A stretch of DNA of 64,000 nucleotides, taken from positions 32,001 to 96,000 of the forward strand of contig CBDCLE010000010.1 in NCBI GenBank assembly GCA_965218585.1. The letters run 5' to 3'. A program made the position numbers and the translations under genes. Position 1 is the stretch's first letter. Every line of letters begins with the position of its first letter. The DNA is from Terriglobia bacterium (GTDB lineage Bacteria > Acidobacteriota > Terriglobia > 20CM-2-55-15). The notes under the pieces are model-generated. The model ran no database searches and had not been told where the DNA came from. It saw nothing but the letters and a program-made list of their open reading frames with translations. Positions 52,480-62,665 of this stretch are shown here, piece after piece.

Positions 52480-53152
52480 TCGCTCTAGAACGACGCCGTT
52501 TGTCACAGTGGCTCTCATTGTCGTCAATTCACTCATCTTCCTCTACGAACTCTCTCTCGGATCGGATCTCGAGGCCTTTTTCTTCAGCTATGGTGTTGTT
52601 CCAAATAATGTATTCCAATGGCCCGCCTCAGGGCAATCTTTTGCGTCAATCACCGTTCCCTATTTGACGTCCATGTTCCTGCACGGTGGTTGGTTCCATC
52701 TGATCGGTAACATGTGGTACCTGTGGATCTTCGGGGACAACGTCGAAGATCGGTTGGGACACGGCCGGTTTCTCCTCTTCTATTTACTGGCCGGACTCGG
52801 TGCCGGCTTCATCCACACCGGTGTCAACTACTACGTCGAAATTCCCAGTGTAGGCGCGAGCGGAGCTATCGCCGGTGTCCTGGGAGCCTACCTTCTGCTG
52901 TATCCCTTTGCGCGTGTCCTGACCCTCATCCCGATATTCTTCTTCTGGCAAGTCATCGAGATTCCGGCTCTTATTGTCCTCGGCCTCTGGTTCGTCATGC
53001 AATTTCTCTCGGGCACGAGTTCCCTGGCCGTTGCCGACGCCTCGTCCGGCGGCGTGGCCTGGTGGGCCCATATTGGCGGATTCCTCGTTGGCATGGTCCT
53101 GCTCGCCGTATTCCGCCGGCCGAAGCGGGGCCCAACGTTACTTAAGGCTTAG
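52457..53152 (+). CDS. Rhomboid intramembrane serine protease
   Basis: HGGWFHLIGNM, GASG and AHIGGF. Confidence 0.93.
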   Translation: MIPFRDNIRSRTTPFVTVALIVVNSLIFLYELSLGSDLEAFFFSYGVVPNNVFQWPASGQSFASITVPYLTSMFLHGGWFHLIGNMWYLWIFGDNVEDRLGHGRFLLFYLLAGLGAGFIHTGVNYYVEIPSVGASGAIAGVLGAYLLLYPFARVLTLIPIFFFWQVIEIPALIVLGLWFVMQFLSGTSSLAVADASSGGVAWWAHIGGFLVGMVLLAVFRRPKRGPTLLKA

Positions 53153-53157
53153 ACGGG

Positions 53158-53393
53158 GATTTGGTCGATCGGGTACCAACGGGGAGGGTGGGACGGTTCC
53201 AGACTTGGCATGTGATGCGTCAGAAGCAGCCCTGAACCGCCTCGTTGTCCCCCCGCACGGGCGACCCGTGCGGGGCCTTCTGCAATGCCCGCCACGTTCC
53301 ACTGTGTCCCCAGAAAGGGCTTGCGATCAGGATGATCGCGAGCTCGCCGGTCGTTCGGACAGGATGTCCGATTGAACGACCGAGCGCAATCTT
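53158..53393 (+). repeat. Dispersed structured element, full copy 2
   Basis: Collinear with 18917-19116 and shows covarying stems; strand not established. Confidence 0.75.
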
Positions 53394-53433
53394 CGTTGGC
53401 GGTTAAGCCGCTATCAGAAGTTGGAGAAGACCT

Positions 53434-54762
53434 TCAACCCACAGCGATATACCTAATCAAGAAAAGACCCGTAAACACCCAGATCAACCAGTGCAGGTTT
53501 CGGAAGCGTCCGGACACGAGGCTCAAGAGCACATAGCTGATGAAACCGAAGGCAATGCCGTCGGTGATCGAGAACGTAAACGGAATCACCGTAATCGTAA
53601 TAAAGGCCAGGATGTATTCGTGGGCCTCGTTCCAGGCAATCTTCCCGACGTTTCGCATCATAAAAGCCCCTACGATGATCAGTGCGGGCGCGACGGTCGG
53701 ATAGAGGGTCAGGCCGGACTCATCGGTATATCCTGCGCCAATCATCCGGGCCAGAGGCGCAAAGAAGAGCGCGAGGAGAAACATTGCCGCCGTCACCACG
53801 TTCGCAAGACCCGTACGAGCCCCTTCCGCGACTCCTGTCGCGCTCTCGATGTAACTGACTACAGTGGAATTCCCTACCAGACCGGACGCGGTCGTTCCGA
53901 TCGCATCCGCCATCAGCGCCTGCTTGGCGCGTGGCAGGTCGTCACCCTTCATGAAATTGCCCTGATGTGCAATTCCTATGAGTGACCCGGTGCTGTCGAA
54001 GAGATCCAGAAAAAAGAAAATAAAGATAACAGGCAGAGCCCCGATGCTGAGCGCGCCCAGAATGTCCAGTTGGAGCGCGACAGGCGCCAGTGAGGGTGGC
54101 GGCGCGAACACTCCCTCGAACCGAACAACGCCCAGAAACAGTCCTAGGATTGTGCTGGTGAAGATCCCGGCAAGAATCGCGCCTCGCTGGCGTCTCGCCA
54201 GGAGAATCATCGTTACGACAATTCCAGCTGTCGACATCCAGACTGGCGGCGCACCCAGATCTCCAAGCGTGACCAGCGTGGTGGGATTACCGGCTACGAA
54301 GCCGCCCCACTCCAGTCCCACAAGAGTGATCAACAACCCGATGCCGACCGCTATACCGTGCTTCAGAGAAGCCGGTATCGCACGCACCAGGGCTTCCCGT
54401 ACTCCCCAGAGCGACATCACCAGAAATAGTACGCCGGAAATAAATACGGCACCCAACGCAACCTGCCAGGTGAATCCCATCGAACCAACAACCGTAAAAA
54501 CGAAGAAGAAGTTATGTCCCATCGCGGGAGCTACAGCGATGGGATAGTTCGCAAGGAACGCCATCAGGAGAGTACCGAAAGCACTGATGAGACAGGTCGC
54601 TGCCAGAACAGCATCGAAGTCCATTCCGGTCGTGCTCATCACGGCTGGCTGAACGAAGACGATGTAGGACATCGTCATGAACGTCGTCGCCCCACCAAGC
54701 AATTCAGTCCGGTAGGTCGACCCAGCTGAAGTTACGCCAAAAGTCCGTTCGATCCAATCCAT
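53434..54762 (-). CDS. NCS2/AzgA-type purine permease
   Basis: TFMTMSYIVFVQP, APAMG and YIESATGVAEGARTGL. Confidence 0.92.
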   Translation of the reverse strand: MDWIERTFGVTSAGSTYRTELLGGATTFMTMSYIVFVQPAVMSTTGMDFDAVLAATCLISAFGTLLMAFLANYPIAVAPAMGHNFFFVFTVVGSMGFTWQVALGAVFISGVLFLVMSLWGVREALVRAIPASLKHGIAVGIGLLITLVGLEWGGFVAGNPTTLVTLGDLGAPPVWMSTAGIVVTMILLARRQRGAILAGIFTSTILGLFLGVVRFEGVFAPPPSLAPVALQLDILGALSIGALPVIFIFFFLDLFDSTGSLIGIAHQGNFMKGDDLPRAKQALMADAIGTTASGLVGNSTVVSYIESATGVAEGARTGLANVVTAAMFLLALFFAPLARMIGAGYTDESGLTLYPTVAPALIIVGAFMMRNVGKIAWNEAHEYILAFITITVIPFTFSITDGIAFGFISYVLLSLVSGRFRNLHWLIWVFTGLFLIRYIAVG

Positions 54763-57700
54763 CAAAAACGGAATCTCAGACCCAGCTGGATCTGACGTGC
54801 AGAAAAGGCGGATGTAAAGCCGAGCGGGTCGGTCGTACGGCGCGAAGGATCACCTTCAACATCAAAGGAGTCGAGCGTAGTCCCCACAATGTAGTTGACC
54901 CCGGAATAGTTGACTCTGTTAAAGAGGTTGAACGCTTCGGCCATCGCCTCGATCTGGTAGTCACGGTCTCCAAAGACGAAACTCTTGGTCAGGCGCAGGT
55001 CAAAGCTGGCAAAGCCGGGACCGCGTCCCGTATTTCTTCCGGCTCCCGGAGGTCGATCGGTGTTGGCATTCGTATCTCCATTAGTGTCGAAACCCATCAG
55101 AAGATTGAAAGGGCGGCCACTGGAAATCGTTAGGATTGGAGACAGCGCAACGTCGGCCAGCACCTTTCCAATTCCAAAACTGCGTTCGAGGGGCGACGTG
55201 AATACACCGCTCACAACGAATCGATGACGTTGATCGAAGGCCGACAGGGAGCGTTCCGCTCGAAGATCCAGCTGGTTTGCAGCCTGAAGATCGGTGATGA
55301 AGTCGACGGTATCGTCAATACTTTTCGACAGCGTATAGGAAGCCTGAAACTGATAAAAATCACTGAATCGCTTCCGCAGGGTCGCGGTCATTCCATGATA
55401 AATGGAACTCCCGGACGATTCGACCTGGTTGTCTTGCAAAACCCTGGGATCGATGGGGCCGAAGGTCGGCCCGTATTGGTTGCTCCCCGTAATTCTCAAA
55501 TTCGTGTTGCGGGAACGGAGGAGCTTCGTACCCTTGTTCATCAGGTAGCTGATGCTGGCCACCACATCAGCCCTCAGTTCCCGCTCCACGTTGAAGCTCA
55601 CCTGCTGACTGTACGGGTTCACCAGATCCGGGGCCGAGCGCAACAGGAGCGGAGGCGTAATACCGGGCTCGAGACCAAGAGGTGCAATGTCGGCTTCGGT
55701 GACTTGCCGGGAACCGATAACCCCCTGCTGCTTCAACAGGCCCCACACCTCGGCTGACGTTGCCGTAATCCCCAACTGAGGCAGCCCGGTCAGGGGCACG
55801 AAGAGTTGAGATATCTGAGTTCCGTCCAGGACTCTCTCGATAAACACAACAGCCTGGTAAACCGATGAATAGTAAACGCCGTAACCACCACGGATGACGG
55901 TCTGCGAATCGGGGCTGTAGGCGAAACCGAACCGAGGCGCGAAATTGTTCGTGTCGCGATGCAAAGGGCTAGGCTGCAGCTCGACGTCATAGCGCAAGCC
56001 GAGATTCAGTGTGAGTTTCGGAGACAACCGAAATTTGTCCTGAACGTAGGCGGCAAGAAGTTTGTTCTTGAGATCCGCCACCGGATCTCCGAATCCCTGC
56101 TGATACACCAGCGGCAGACCGAAATTGAAAGCCTGTAGCGACGTGATCGGTTCCGACAAAGAGGGTAGGAGGTCCGCACGTCCCATACTGGCCAGACCCG
56201 ATCCAACCGCGGCCGAGGTGCCCGGGCCTCCGACGTTGTCCATCAATGACCACAACGGAATGGCCTCCCCAAAAATGAAGCGGCTGCCGAAGAAGATCTC
56301 TGTTTTCGTATTCAGTGGCAGGTAGTGAAAATCCCCTCCGAATTTCAACTCGTGATCGCCCGACACGAGAGTGAAGTTATCGACCCACTGGAATCTTTTT
56401 TCAGTTCGGAAGGAAGGCAGAAAGAAATCACGTCCCAGAAGGGCCGTGCCGTTGATGTTGATCTCCGGCCCAAACGGATCTGCAGGTATCGAATTGAACT
56501 CCCGGTGAGCGAACTGAAAGCGGAACTCATTCACCATGTTTGAACCGAAGAAATGAGAGTCGCCAAAGACCAGTCCGAAATCCTGAATCTGCTGATTGAC
56601 ACCCCTCGACGGCCCTTTGAGACCACCAAACGATCCACCTGTTGTATCCACATCGGAGAAATTCGTCCGGACGAACATCTGGTTGTTCGCCGTCACTTGA
56701 TGATCAATCCGAAGAGACGCCCGGTTGTCGTTGTTGCGGAACGGAAAGACGCCGCTGTTTTCACGCAGTAGTCGAATTGTCTCGGGGTACGTCGCTTCTG
56801 AAGTCGTCAAAGCACCCCTCAGGAGGGATCCAAGGAACTGGAAGGACGGAACCGGAGCTGCCCCGAGCGCCTGGATCAGAGATTCCTGCGAAGCTGTCGG
56901 TTCAAAAATCTCTTCGCTTTCGAGAAAAGTCGAAAAATTGGACTCCCGCTGGCGCAATCCTTCGTAAGACAAAAAGAAGAAGGTGCGATTCGGGATGATC
57001 GGTCCGCCAAGACTAAAGCCACTCTGCAGACGGGAGAACGGCGGGTCGATGTCAGAACCATCCTGTCCAAACGCAAACGGGTTGCGGGCATCGAGAGCCT
57101 GGTCCCGGACAAAAGCAAACACTGTCCCCGAAACCGCGTTGGTCCCGGACCTGGAGACGATATTGATCAATCCTCCGCGTGCCCGTCCGAACTCGGCCGA
57201 ATAGTTGGACCGATTGATTTGAAACTCCTGAACGGCTTCCTGGCTGAGCGTGGAGCGCACGGTCGCGACGGCATTGTCGTTGTTGTCGACTCCGTCTATG
57301 GTCACACTGTTGGAACGGCCGTCTTGACCTGTAAACGAAAGCCCGGAACTGGGCGTCTGTGGCAGCGTAAAGCCGATAAGAGCCTCTGAGTCCGAAACGC
57401 CCGGCGTCAGGAGTGAAAAATCGAGAAAATCACGTTGATTGATCGGCAGGTTGTCGATTCGGAGCTCGGTAACCGTATCCGCCTGCTGCGTCCTGTCCGA
57501 TTCGACCAGCGGCGCATCCCCTACAACAACGATCTCTTGCTGTAGGGCAGCGGGCGTCAATTGGACATCAACACTCCGGCTCTGCCCCACCTGGACTTGA
57601 ATCGGGCGGCGGGTCTGTATAGCGAAACCGGAAAGTTCGAATCGTATTTCGTAGGACCCCGGGCTGAGCAGGAAGAAGCGGTATACCCCTTCGTCCCCGG

Positions 57701-57878
57701 TCAGGGTATCGCGGCCGAGTCCAGTGTCGGGATTGACGATCGAAACCGCAACACCAGGCACGAGGGCGCCATCGGGGTCCCGAACCGTCCCGTTGATGTC
57801 TCCCGACGACATCTGAGCCTGCCCCATTCCGTATAGGGCAAAGGCTAGGATAAGACCAATGCTACTGACGACTCTCAT
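54762..57878 (-). CDS. TonB-dependent receptor with carboxypeptidase-regulatory-like N-domain
   Basis: Signal peptide, GTVRDPDGA, AVQEFQI...AEFG, YVQDKF...LNLGLRYD and terminal F. Confidence 0.9.
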   Translation of the reverse strand: MRVVSSIGLILAFALYGMGQAQMSSGDINGTVRDPDGALVPGVAVSIVNPDTGLGRDTLTGDEGVYRFFLLSPGSYEIRFELSGFAIQTRRPIQVQVGQSRSVDVQLTPAALQQEIVVVGDAPLVESDRTQQADTVTELRIDNLPINQRDFLDFSLLTPGVSDSEALIGFTLPQTPSSGLSFTGQDGRSNSVTIDGVDNNDNAVATVRSTLSQEAVQEFQINRSNYSAEFGRARGGLINIVSRSGTNAVSGTVFAFVRDQALDARNPFAFGQDGSDIDPPFSRLQSGFSLGGPIIPNRTFFFLSYEGLRQRESNFSTFLESEEIFEPTASQESLIQALGAAPVPSFQFLGSLLRGALTTSEATYPETIRLLRENSGVFPFRNNDNRASLRIDHQVTANNQMFVRTNFSDVDTTGGSFGGLKGPSRGVNQQIQDFGLVFGDSHFFGSNMVNEFRFQFAHREFNSIPADPFGPEININGTALLGRDFFLPSFRTEKRFQWVDNFTLVSGDHELKFGGDFHYLPLNTKTEIFFGSRFIFGEAIPLWSLMDNVGGPGTSAAVGSGLASMGRADLLPSLSEPITSLQAFNFGLPLVYQQGFGDPVADLKNKLLAAYVQDKFRLSPKLTLNLGLRYDVELQPSPLHRDTNNFAPRFGFAYSPDSQTVIRGGYGVYYSSVYQAVVFIERVLDGTQISQLFVPLTGLPQLGITATSAEVWGLLKQQGVIGSRQVTEADIAPLGLEPGITPPLLLRSAPDLVNPYSQQVSFNVERELRADVVASISYLMNKGTKLLRSRNTNLRITGSNQYGPTFGPIDPRVLQDNQVESSGSSIYHGMTATLRKRFSDFYQFQASYTLSKSIDDTVDFITDLQAANQLDLRAERSLSAFDQRHRFVVSGVFTSPLERSFGIGKVLADVALSPILTISSGRPFNLLMGFDTNGDTNANTDRPPGAGRNTGRGPGFASFDLRLTKSFVFGDRDYQIEAMAEAFNLFNRVNYSGVNYIVGTTLDSFDVEGDPSRRTTDPLGFTSAFSARQIQLGLRFRF

Positions 57879-58843
57879 TCAACTTTCGCCTGCCCTTGTT
57901 CATTGCCCTTCTTCAATTTCTTGTATTCATTCCGAAGGTTTTCAAGGTGTGATCTCTCTTCGTCCGCGAATTCACGAAACATCTTGCGGCCGCGGGGATC
58001 TTCCAGCTGCTTGGCAAAGTTCGTAAAAAAACGATGAGACTTCCGCTCGAGGTCGATTGCGATTTCCAGGGCCTCCAGGTGCGTCGTCCCATCCCTAACA
58101 TCAACGTTAAGCAGTTCTCTTTCCGGAAAAATATCGTCGGCTATCTTACGACTCACCGGAAGCCTGGCCGGCTCCCGCCGAAGCCAACCGTGCTCGTCGA
58201 TCAAGATCTGGTGTTCGCGCTGCAACTTGTCCAGGTGTTCTGACTCTTCTTCTGCAAGACTCTGAAACATCTGCTTTCCGCCAGGGTCTTTAGTCTTTTT
58301 CGACGCACTCATGTAGAAGCTGTAGCCCCTGCGTTCCACAGCCAGGGTCAGCTCGAGTGCATCCCGGGCAAGTATTTTCTGCTGACGGTCTCGCCTGTCA
58401 AGACCAGTCTGGAGCTCCTCCTGTGCGGCACAGTCCCGGCAGAATCCAAAGATGGCATACCGGCTATACAAGGGTTGAAAATCGTTTTTGTCGGTTTCTT
58501 CCCGAATAAGTTTCTCTATGCGACGCGAAGGAAATTCCTCGGTCTTGCCGCAACGATTGCAGATGAAGTGAATGTGGTTGGGCTGGTTGACCAAGAGCTC
58601 GTAGCGGGTCGAGCCCGCAAGCTTCGCCTGCCGAATCATTCCGGACTCAAGCAGGATCTTCAGGGTTCGGTAGATAGTGGACAGGCCAATCCGATGGCCC
58701 TGCTCGAGAAGACGTTCGCGTATATCTTCAACAGTCGGATGGTCCTCGGCCGTCAGCAGGACGTCCCAGACCAGCGCTCTCTGGGAGGTCTTCTTTAACT
58801 TGTTCTCGGACAGGAAATCCTGAAAGCGCTTTTTCTTCTTCAT
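57875..58843 (-). CDS. Fur-family regulator fused to a rubrerythrin/ferritin-like domain
   Basis: HPTVED, STIYRTL and HIHFICNRCG...CRDC, then E...EESEH and E...EERSH di-iron motifs. Confidence 0.88.
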   Translation of the reverse strand: MKKKKRFQDFLSENKLKKTSQRALVWDVLLTAEDHPTVEDIRERLLEQGHRIGLSTIYRTLKILLESGMIRQAKLAGSTRYELLVNQPNHIHFICNRCGKTEEFPSRRIEKLIREETDKNDFQPLYSRYAIFGFCRDCAAQEELQTGLDRRDRQQKILARDALELTLAVERRGYSFYMSASKKTKDPGGKQMFQSLAEEESEHLDKLQREHQILIDEHGWLRREPARLPVSRKIADDIFPERELLNVDVRDGTTHLEALEIAIDLERKSHRFFTNFAKQLEDPRGRKMFREFADEERSHLENLRNEYKKLKKGNEQGQAKVE

Positions 58844-58987
58844 CTGGCCCGAATTATACAAGGACACCGTAGGAATCACGAGGTTCTGAATCCCTATCGA
58901 CCGGGCGGAGCACGTCAACAGTCTTACGTTTGATAAGTAGGTCAATATGCTATAGTTTTTGTTTATAAATTGACGCGAGGGCCACAC

Positions 58988-59545
58988 ATGAAAAACATTC
59001 TGTTCTTGACTCTTCTTTCTGTCAGCTTGACCGCATGCACGTTTGAGATGCCGGAGGCGGCAGTCGACGGGACAACAGCGTTTCCTGGGTCAACGGCAAA
59101 CCTGCAGTCAGCTCCAGATTTCGATCTTGCATCTCTTGCGGGCGGGACACTGAACTCCGTAGAACTGGAGGGCAAGGTTCTCGTCGTGGATTTCTGGGCA
59201 ACATGGTGCAAACCCTGTATCGAAGAGATTCCGAACTTCAATACACTCAGTGCCGAACAGGATTCCGACAAGTTCGTAATGCTCGGCATTACCGTTGAAT
59301 CCGGATCATTTGAAGATGTCGAACCGTACATTGAACGTCTGGGCATTGAATACCCGGTCGTCATGGGAGATGAAGATGTCGTCGCGGGATTTGGAGGCCT
59401 CATAGGCTTCCCAACGACCTTCGTCGTGAGCCCCGACTGGAAGATTTATAAGAAGTACCTGGGAATGAAAACAGGCAAGAAAGAACTGATCGAGCAGGAC
59501 GTGATCGACCTGATTGGCCCCCAGGAGGTCGCAGAAATCTTCTAG
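58988..59545 (+). CDS. TlpA/ResA-like thiol-disulfide oxidoreductase lipoprotein
   Basis: LTAC lipobox, FWATWCKPC and FPTT. Confidence 0.9.
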   Translation: MKNILFLTLLSVSLTACTFEMPEAAVDGTTAFPGSTANLQSAPDFDLASLAGGTLNSVELEGKVLVVDFWATWCKPCIEEIPNFNTLSAEQDSDKFVMLGITVESGSFEDVEPYIERLGIEYPVVMGDEDVVAGFGGLIGFPTTFVVSPDWKIYKKYLGMKTGKKELIEQDVIDLIGPQEVAEIF

Positions 59546-59573
59546 GCCGGACCATTCAACCGAACCGTTCCAT

Positions 59574-59603
59574 AAGAAGGCGGCCAGCTGGCTGCCTTTT
59601 TTG
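59574..59603. terminator. Rho-independent terminator
   Basis: AAGAAGGCGGCCAGCTGGCTGCCTTTTTT between convergent genes. Confidence 0.65.
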
Positions 59604-59624
59604 TTGCGTCTTATAAGACCCGGA

Positions 59625-60434
59625 TTACAGAGGGAGACTCAGGGAAAAAAGAAGGAACTTGGAGAAGAACTCCCCGAAAAGGACAGCGACGACAGCCACA
59701 TAGAGTAATCCGGTCGCCGCCTGTGTATGGCGCAGTTTAACGGTGCTCCAGATCATCCCCCCGAGGACAATCGGAACGACCACACCGAAAATCATCCTCG
59801 GCCAGAAGAACAGCCCCTGCCGTACAAACAGCTCTGAAGCGACATTCGCGAACGAAACATCCTGCTGGATTTCCAACGCGACCAGGCTAAAAACGATCGT
59901 CACCACTCGAAAGACAATCGCGCCCATATAGACCTTAGTCAGGAGCCTCAATGGATCGATCGACAGTTTGGGGACGATCAGATACCAGTGTCCGAAGACC
60001 ATGGCCAGCATGACCGATCCCAGCAAAGCAGTTGCCCCGAGGTGATTGAGGGCCAGCACCCAATTCTCCCATCCTCCAAGCTCCATTAGCAGTGTGAACG
60101 AGAGGGAGTCCATCGTGATCGAGACCAGGCCGACCGCGGTCGCTAGGACAAGTAAGACCATGGCCGGGCGATACTTGTCGATATTAACGGTCCGGTTGTA
60201 GACACCTGCAAGAATCGCTGAAATCAGGAGTAGGCCGACAGGCCATGCGCTTTCGCGTACCGGAGAGACAAAAAGGACATCGAAACCGAGAGTCATGCCC
60301 ATCAGGATGGCGGCAGTCTGACTGCCGAATTTGAAAAAGCTGTTCCCGATAACGCGCGGCGATATGAACAACATCGTGCACAACATGCCCACCGATAGCT
60401 GAGAAAACAGAAAGAAAAACGTTGAGGAAATCAT
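59625..60434 (-). CDS. Multi-pass membrane protein (DmsC/NrfD-like anchor fold suspected)
   Basis: About 8 TM helices, GHWYL and QAATGLLY...GE. Confidence 0.65.
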   Translation of the reverse strand: MISSTFFFLFSQLSVGMLCTMLFISPRVIGNSFFKFGSQTAAILMGMTLGFDVLFVSPVRESAWPVGLLLISAILAGVYNRTVNIDKYRPAMVLLVLATAVGLVSITMDSLSFTLLMELGGWENWVLALNHLGATALLGSVMLAMVFGHWYLIVPKLSIDPLRLLTKVYMGAIVFRVVTIVFSLVALEIQQDVSFANVASELFVRQGLFFWPRMIFGVVVPIVLGGMIWSTVKLRHTQAATGLLYVAVVAVLFGEFFSKFLLFSLSLPL

Positions 60435-60489
60435 CTCTTAGCGGCCCGGGATCCGGCGCCGTTCCAATATAGCATTCATCAAACGGGCC

Positions 60490-61740
60490 TCACTTGGCAG
60501 GAATACCAAAATACTCTTCCGATGCGGCACACACCGCTTCGTTCGAATCCCAGGCAGCCCGATCGATCAGAACCAGAAACTTCCAGAGAGCCCGGTGTTT
60601 TTCCTTGAGGATCCGGATCTCTGAGTTGTTTGCGCCAGAGAGCGGCTGCAGCTCGCCCCCGTCGAGCCTGGCCGGGACCTCAGCCTCGGGAAGGGACATT
60701 CCGAGCGATGGGCAATAGACGATCACCTGGTACGGGTCCAGGCCCGCGGCCTGCGCAACGGCCTGCTCCGCTGCTTCCCTTTCAGATGAATCAAAATGAA
60801 AGCGTTCCTCAAGGCTTTTCTGCCTTTCTAGACCAATAGAAACAGTTAGGACGTATGCAGGTTTGTAGAGTTTACGGGTTTCGAGCCGGTCCAGAATGTG
60901 GACGATTCCGGCATGCTCCGAATAATCCTCGCCGAGGAGCCAGAGCAGGGTGTCATCCTTGAGCGTCCGTAAACGAACAGGATCCAGGCCCTGGGCCAGG
61001 GCCATCTCTACCGTCTTCGAGATCATCGCTCCGGAAGCGAGCTTCGTATGATGAAAGTAGACGCGTTCTGAGAGCGTGTAGCGAATCCTGAGCAGATTGA
61101 CTATTTCCGAGAGCGCGTCCCGTCGCAATTCGCCATGTTTTTCCAGCCTCACGATCAGTCGCCCGCTTTCCTCTTCAAAGGACTGGAAGATTCGATCGTC
61201 GTAGTACTGCGACAATCCACAGAAATAAGTGTCGCGACGAAGGTAGTCCAAAAGATCGGCGCTGATGGCCCCGCTGACGATGTCGGAAGCCAGACCTGCC
61301 CCACCTCTCAATATTGCACTTACGTCGTCATTCACACCGTGCCTCTCGAGAACAGCTCCGAGGGAAGAATTTTCCAAGAAATATGTGAAGCGGTCCGAAT
61401 CCTGGTCGTGCCGCGGGAGGACACGCCGCTCGTCTTCCAGAGTGTGTCCGAATGGGATGTGCGTAATGTCGTGGAGCAGAGCCGCGGCCCGGATCAGCCC
61501 TTCTTCCATTTCAGAGACACGCGTACTTCGACGAATCGCTTCGACAAAACGGTGTGCCATCCAGGCGGTCCCGACGGAATGTTCAAATCGGGTGTGCATT
61601 GCCGAGGGATAGACGAGATAAGCGGTACCCAGTTGCTTGATTCCCCGGAGGCGCTGAAACTCGGGCGTGTCGATCAGCTCCATCTCGAGGGGACCGAGCT
61701 CGATGTCGCCGTGAACCGCGTCTCTGACAAGCTTTCGCAT
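60490..61740 (-). CDS. HD-domain phosphohydrolase (SAMHD1/dNTPase-like)
   Basis: QRLRGIKQLG, HTRFEHS, LLHD, DLLDYLRRD and VYFHH. Confidence 0.9.
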   Translation of the reverse strand: MRKLVRDAVHGDIELGPLEMELIDTPEFQRLRGIKQLGTAYLVYPSAMHTRFEHSVGTAWMAHRFVEAIRRSTRVSEMEEGLIRAAALLHDITHIPFGHTLEDERRVLPRHDQDSDRFTYFLENSSLGAVLERHGVNDDVSAILRGGAGLASDIVSGAISADLLDYLRRDTYFCGLSQYYDDRIFQSFEEESGRLIVRLEKHGELRRDALSEIVNLLRIRYTLSERVYFHHTKLASGAMISKTVEMALAQGLDPVRLRTLKDDTLLWLLGEDYSEHAGIVHILDRLETRKLYKPAYVLTVSIGLERQKSLEERFHFDSSEREAAEQAVAQAAGLDPYQVIVYCPSLGMSLPEAEVPARLDGGELQPLSGANNSEIRILKEKHRALWKFLVLIDRAAWDSNEAVCAASEEYFGIPAK

Positions 61741-61830
61741 ACGTCACACAGAGTACCGCAAATCAGGCAACGAAGGTTCCCAGCGGCCAAAGACGCTATA
61801 ATGCGCTGTGATTCACACTGGAGGTGTTTT

Positions 61831-62202
61831 TTGAAGTTCTCTATCTTTGCAGTTCTCGTAATAGCTCTCGCCGTCTCCTGTGCACCGGCAGAAACCGAAC
61901 CGGAGCCCGCACCGGAAGCGGCGGCCCAGAGTCCCGCAACCGTCCCGACCGGAACTCGCGAAAGCCCCTTCGTCGGACACGGCGTCATCGTGGAAATAGG
62001 AGAGGATGAGCTCGTCATCCAGCACGACACGATCCCGGGTTTCATGGCGGCCATGACGATGGCCTTTCCCGCCGCAGAGGAAGCGATGATTGAGGAACTC
62101 GAGACGGGCGATGAGATCATGTTCGATATCGAGATGCTGGGCGACGCTTACCAGATCTTCAGCGTCGAGACGATGGAAGCCGAAGGCGAAGAAGACGAGT
62201 AG
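61831..62202 (+). CDS. CusF-like copper-binding lipoprotein
   Basis: GGAGG RBS and TTG start, AVSC lipobox, IQHDTIPGFMAAMTMAF. Confidence 0.8.
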   Translation: MKFSIFAVLVIALAVSCAPAETEPEPAPEAAAQSPATVPTGTRESPFVGHGVIVEIGEDELVIQHDTIPGFMAAMTMAFPAAEEAMIEELETGDEIMFDIEMLGDAYQIFSVETMEAEGEEDE

Positions 62203-62281
62203 CATAGGCGATTGAACCTGGGCCGTCGCTTGAAATGGTTTTTGACCGGGTGCTACGATTTGAAACGGTATATGTCCGCCT

Positions 62282-62352
<71 letters not shown>

Positions 62353-62595
62353 TTGTTCATTTAAAAAGACTTACTTCTCTAGAGAGACTCGCTCGAATTC
62401 CCACTATGGGGGATTCTAGGGGGACTCCCGGTCTTTTTCCGCACATCCCAGGCGCATTCTCGCGCTTCACAATCAAATAATTTGACCACGCAACGGCGTC
62501 GTAGGAGAATCTCTTAGGTGTTCCTGGCGTACTCCACAATAAACGTGCTGCCTGGAACGACTACTTACCGTCCCAAACGGAGGCTTAAGAAACAA

Positions 62596-62665
62596 ATGGC
62601 GAGACTAATCTGGAGCGTTGCAATCGGATTCGTTCTTCTTGCGGCCACCCCACAAACTCTATTCA
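62596..62665 (+). pseudogene. 5' fragment (signal peptide) of a gene interrupted by IS256
   Basis: GGAGG then MARLIWSVAIGFVLLAATPQTLF abutting the IS end. Confidence 0.5.

Noticed and set aside
60490-61740. HD protein as anti-phage dNTPase
   Set aside because: No defence-gene context; this family is commonly housekeeping
61135-61830. N-terminal extension of the 355-aa ORF
   Set aside because: Antisense to the HD gene; the RBS and lipoprotein signal indicate a start at 61831
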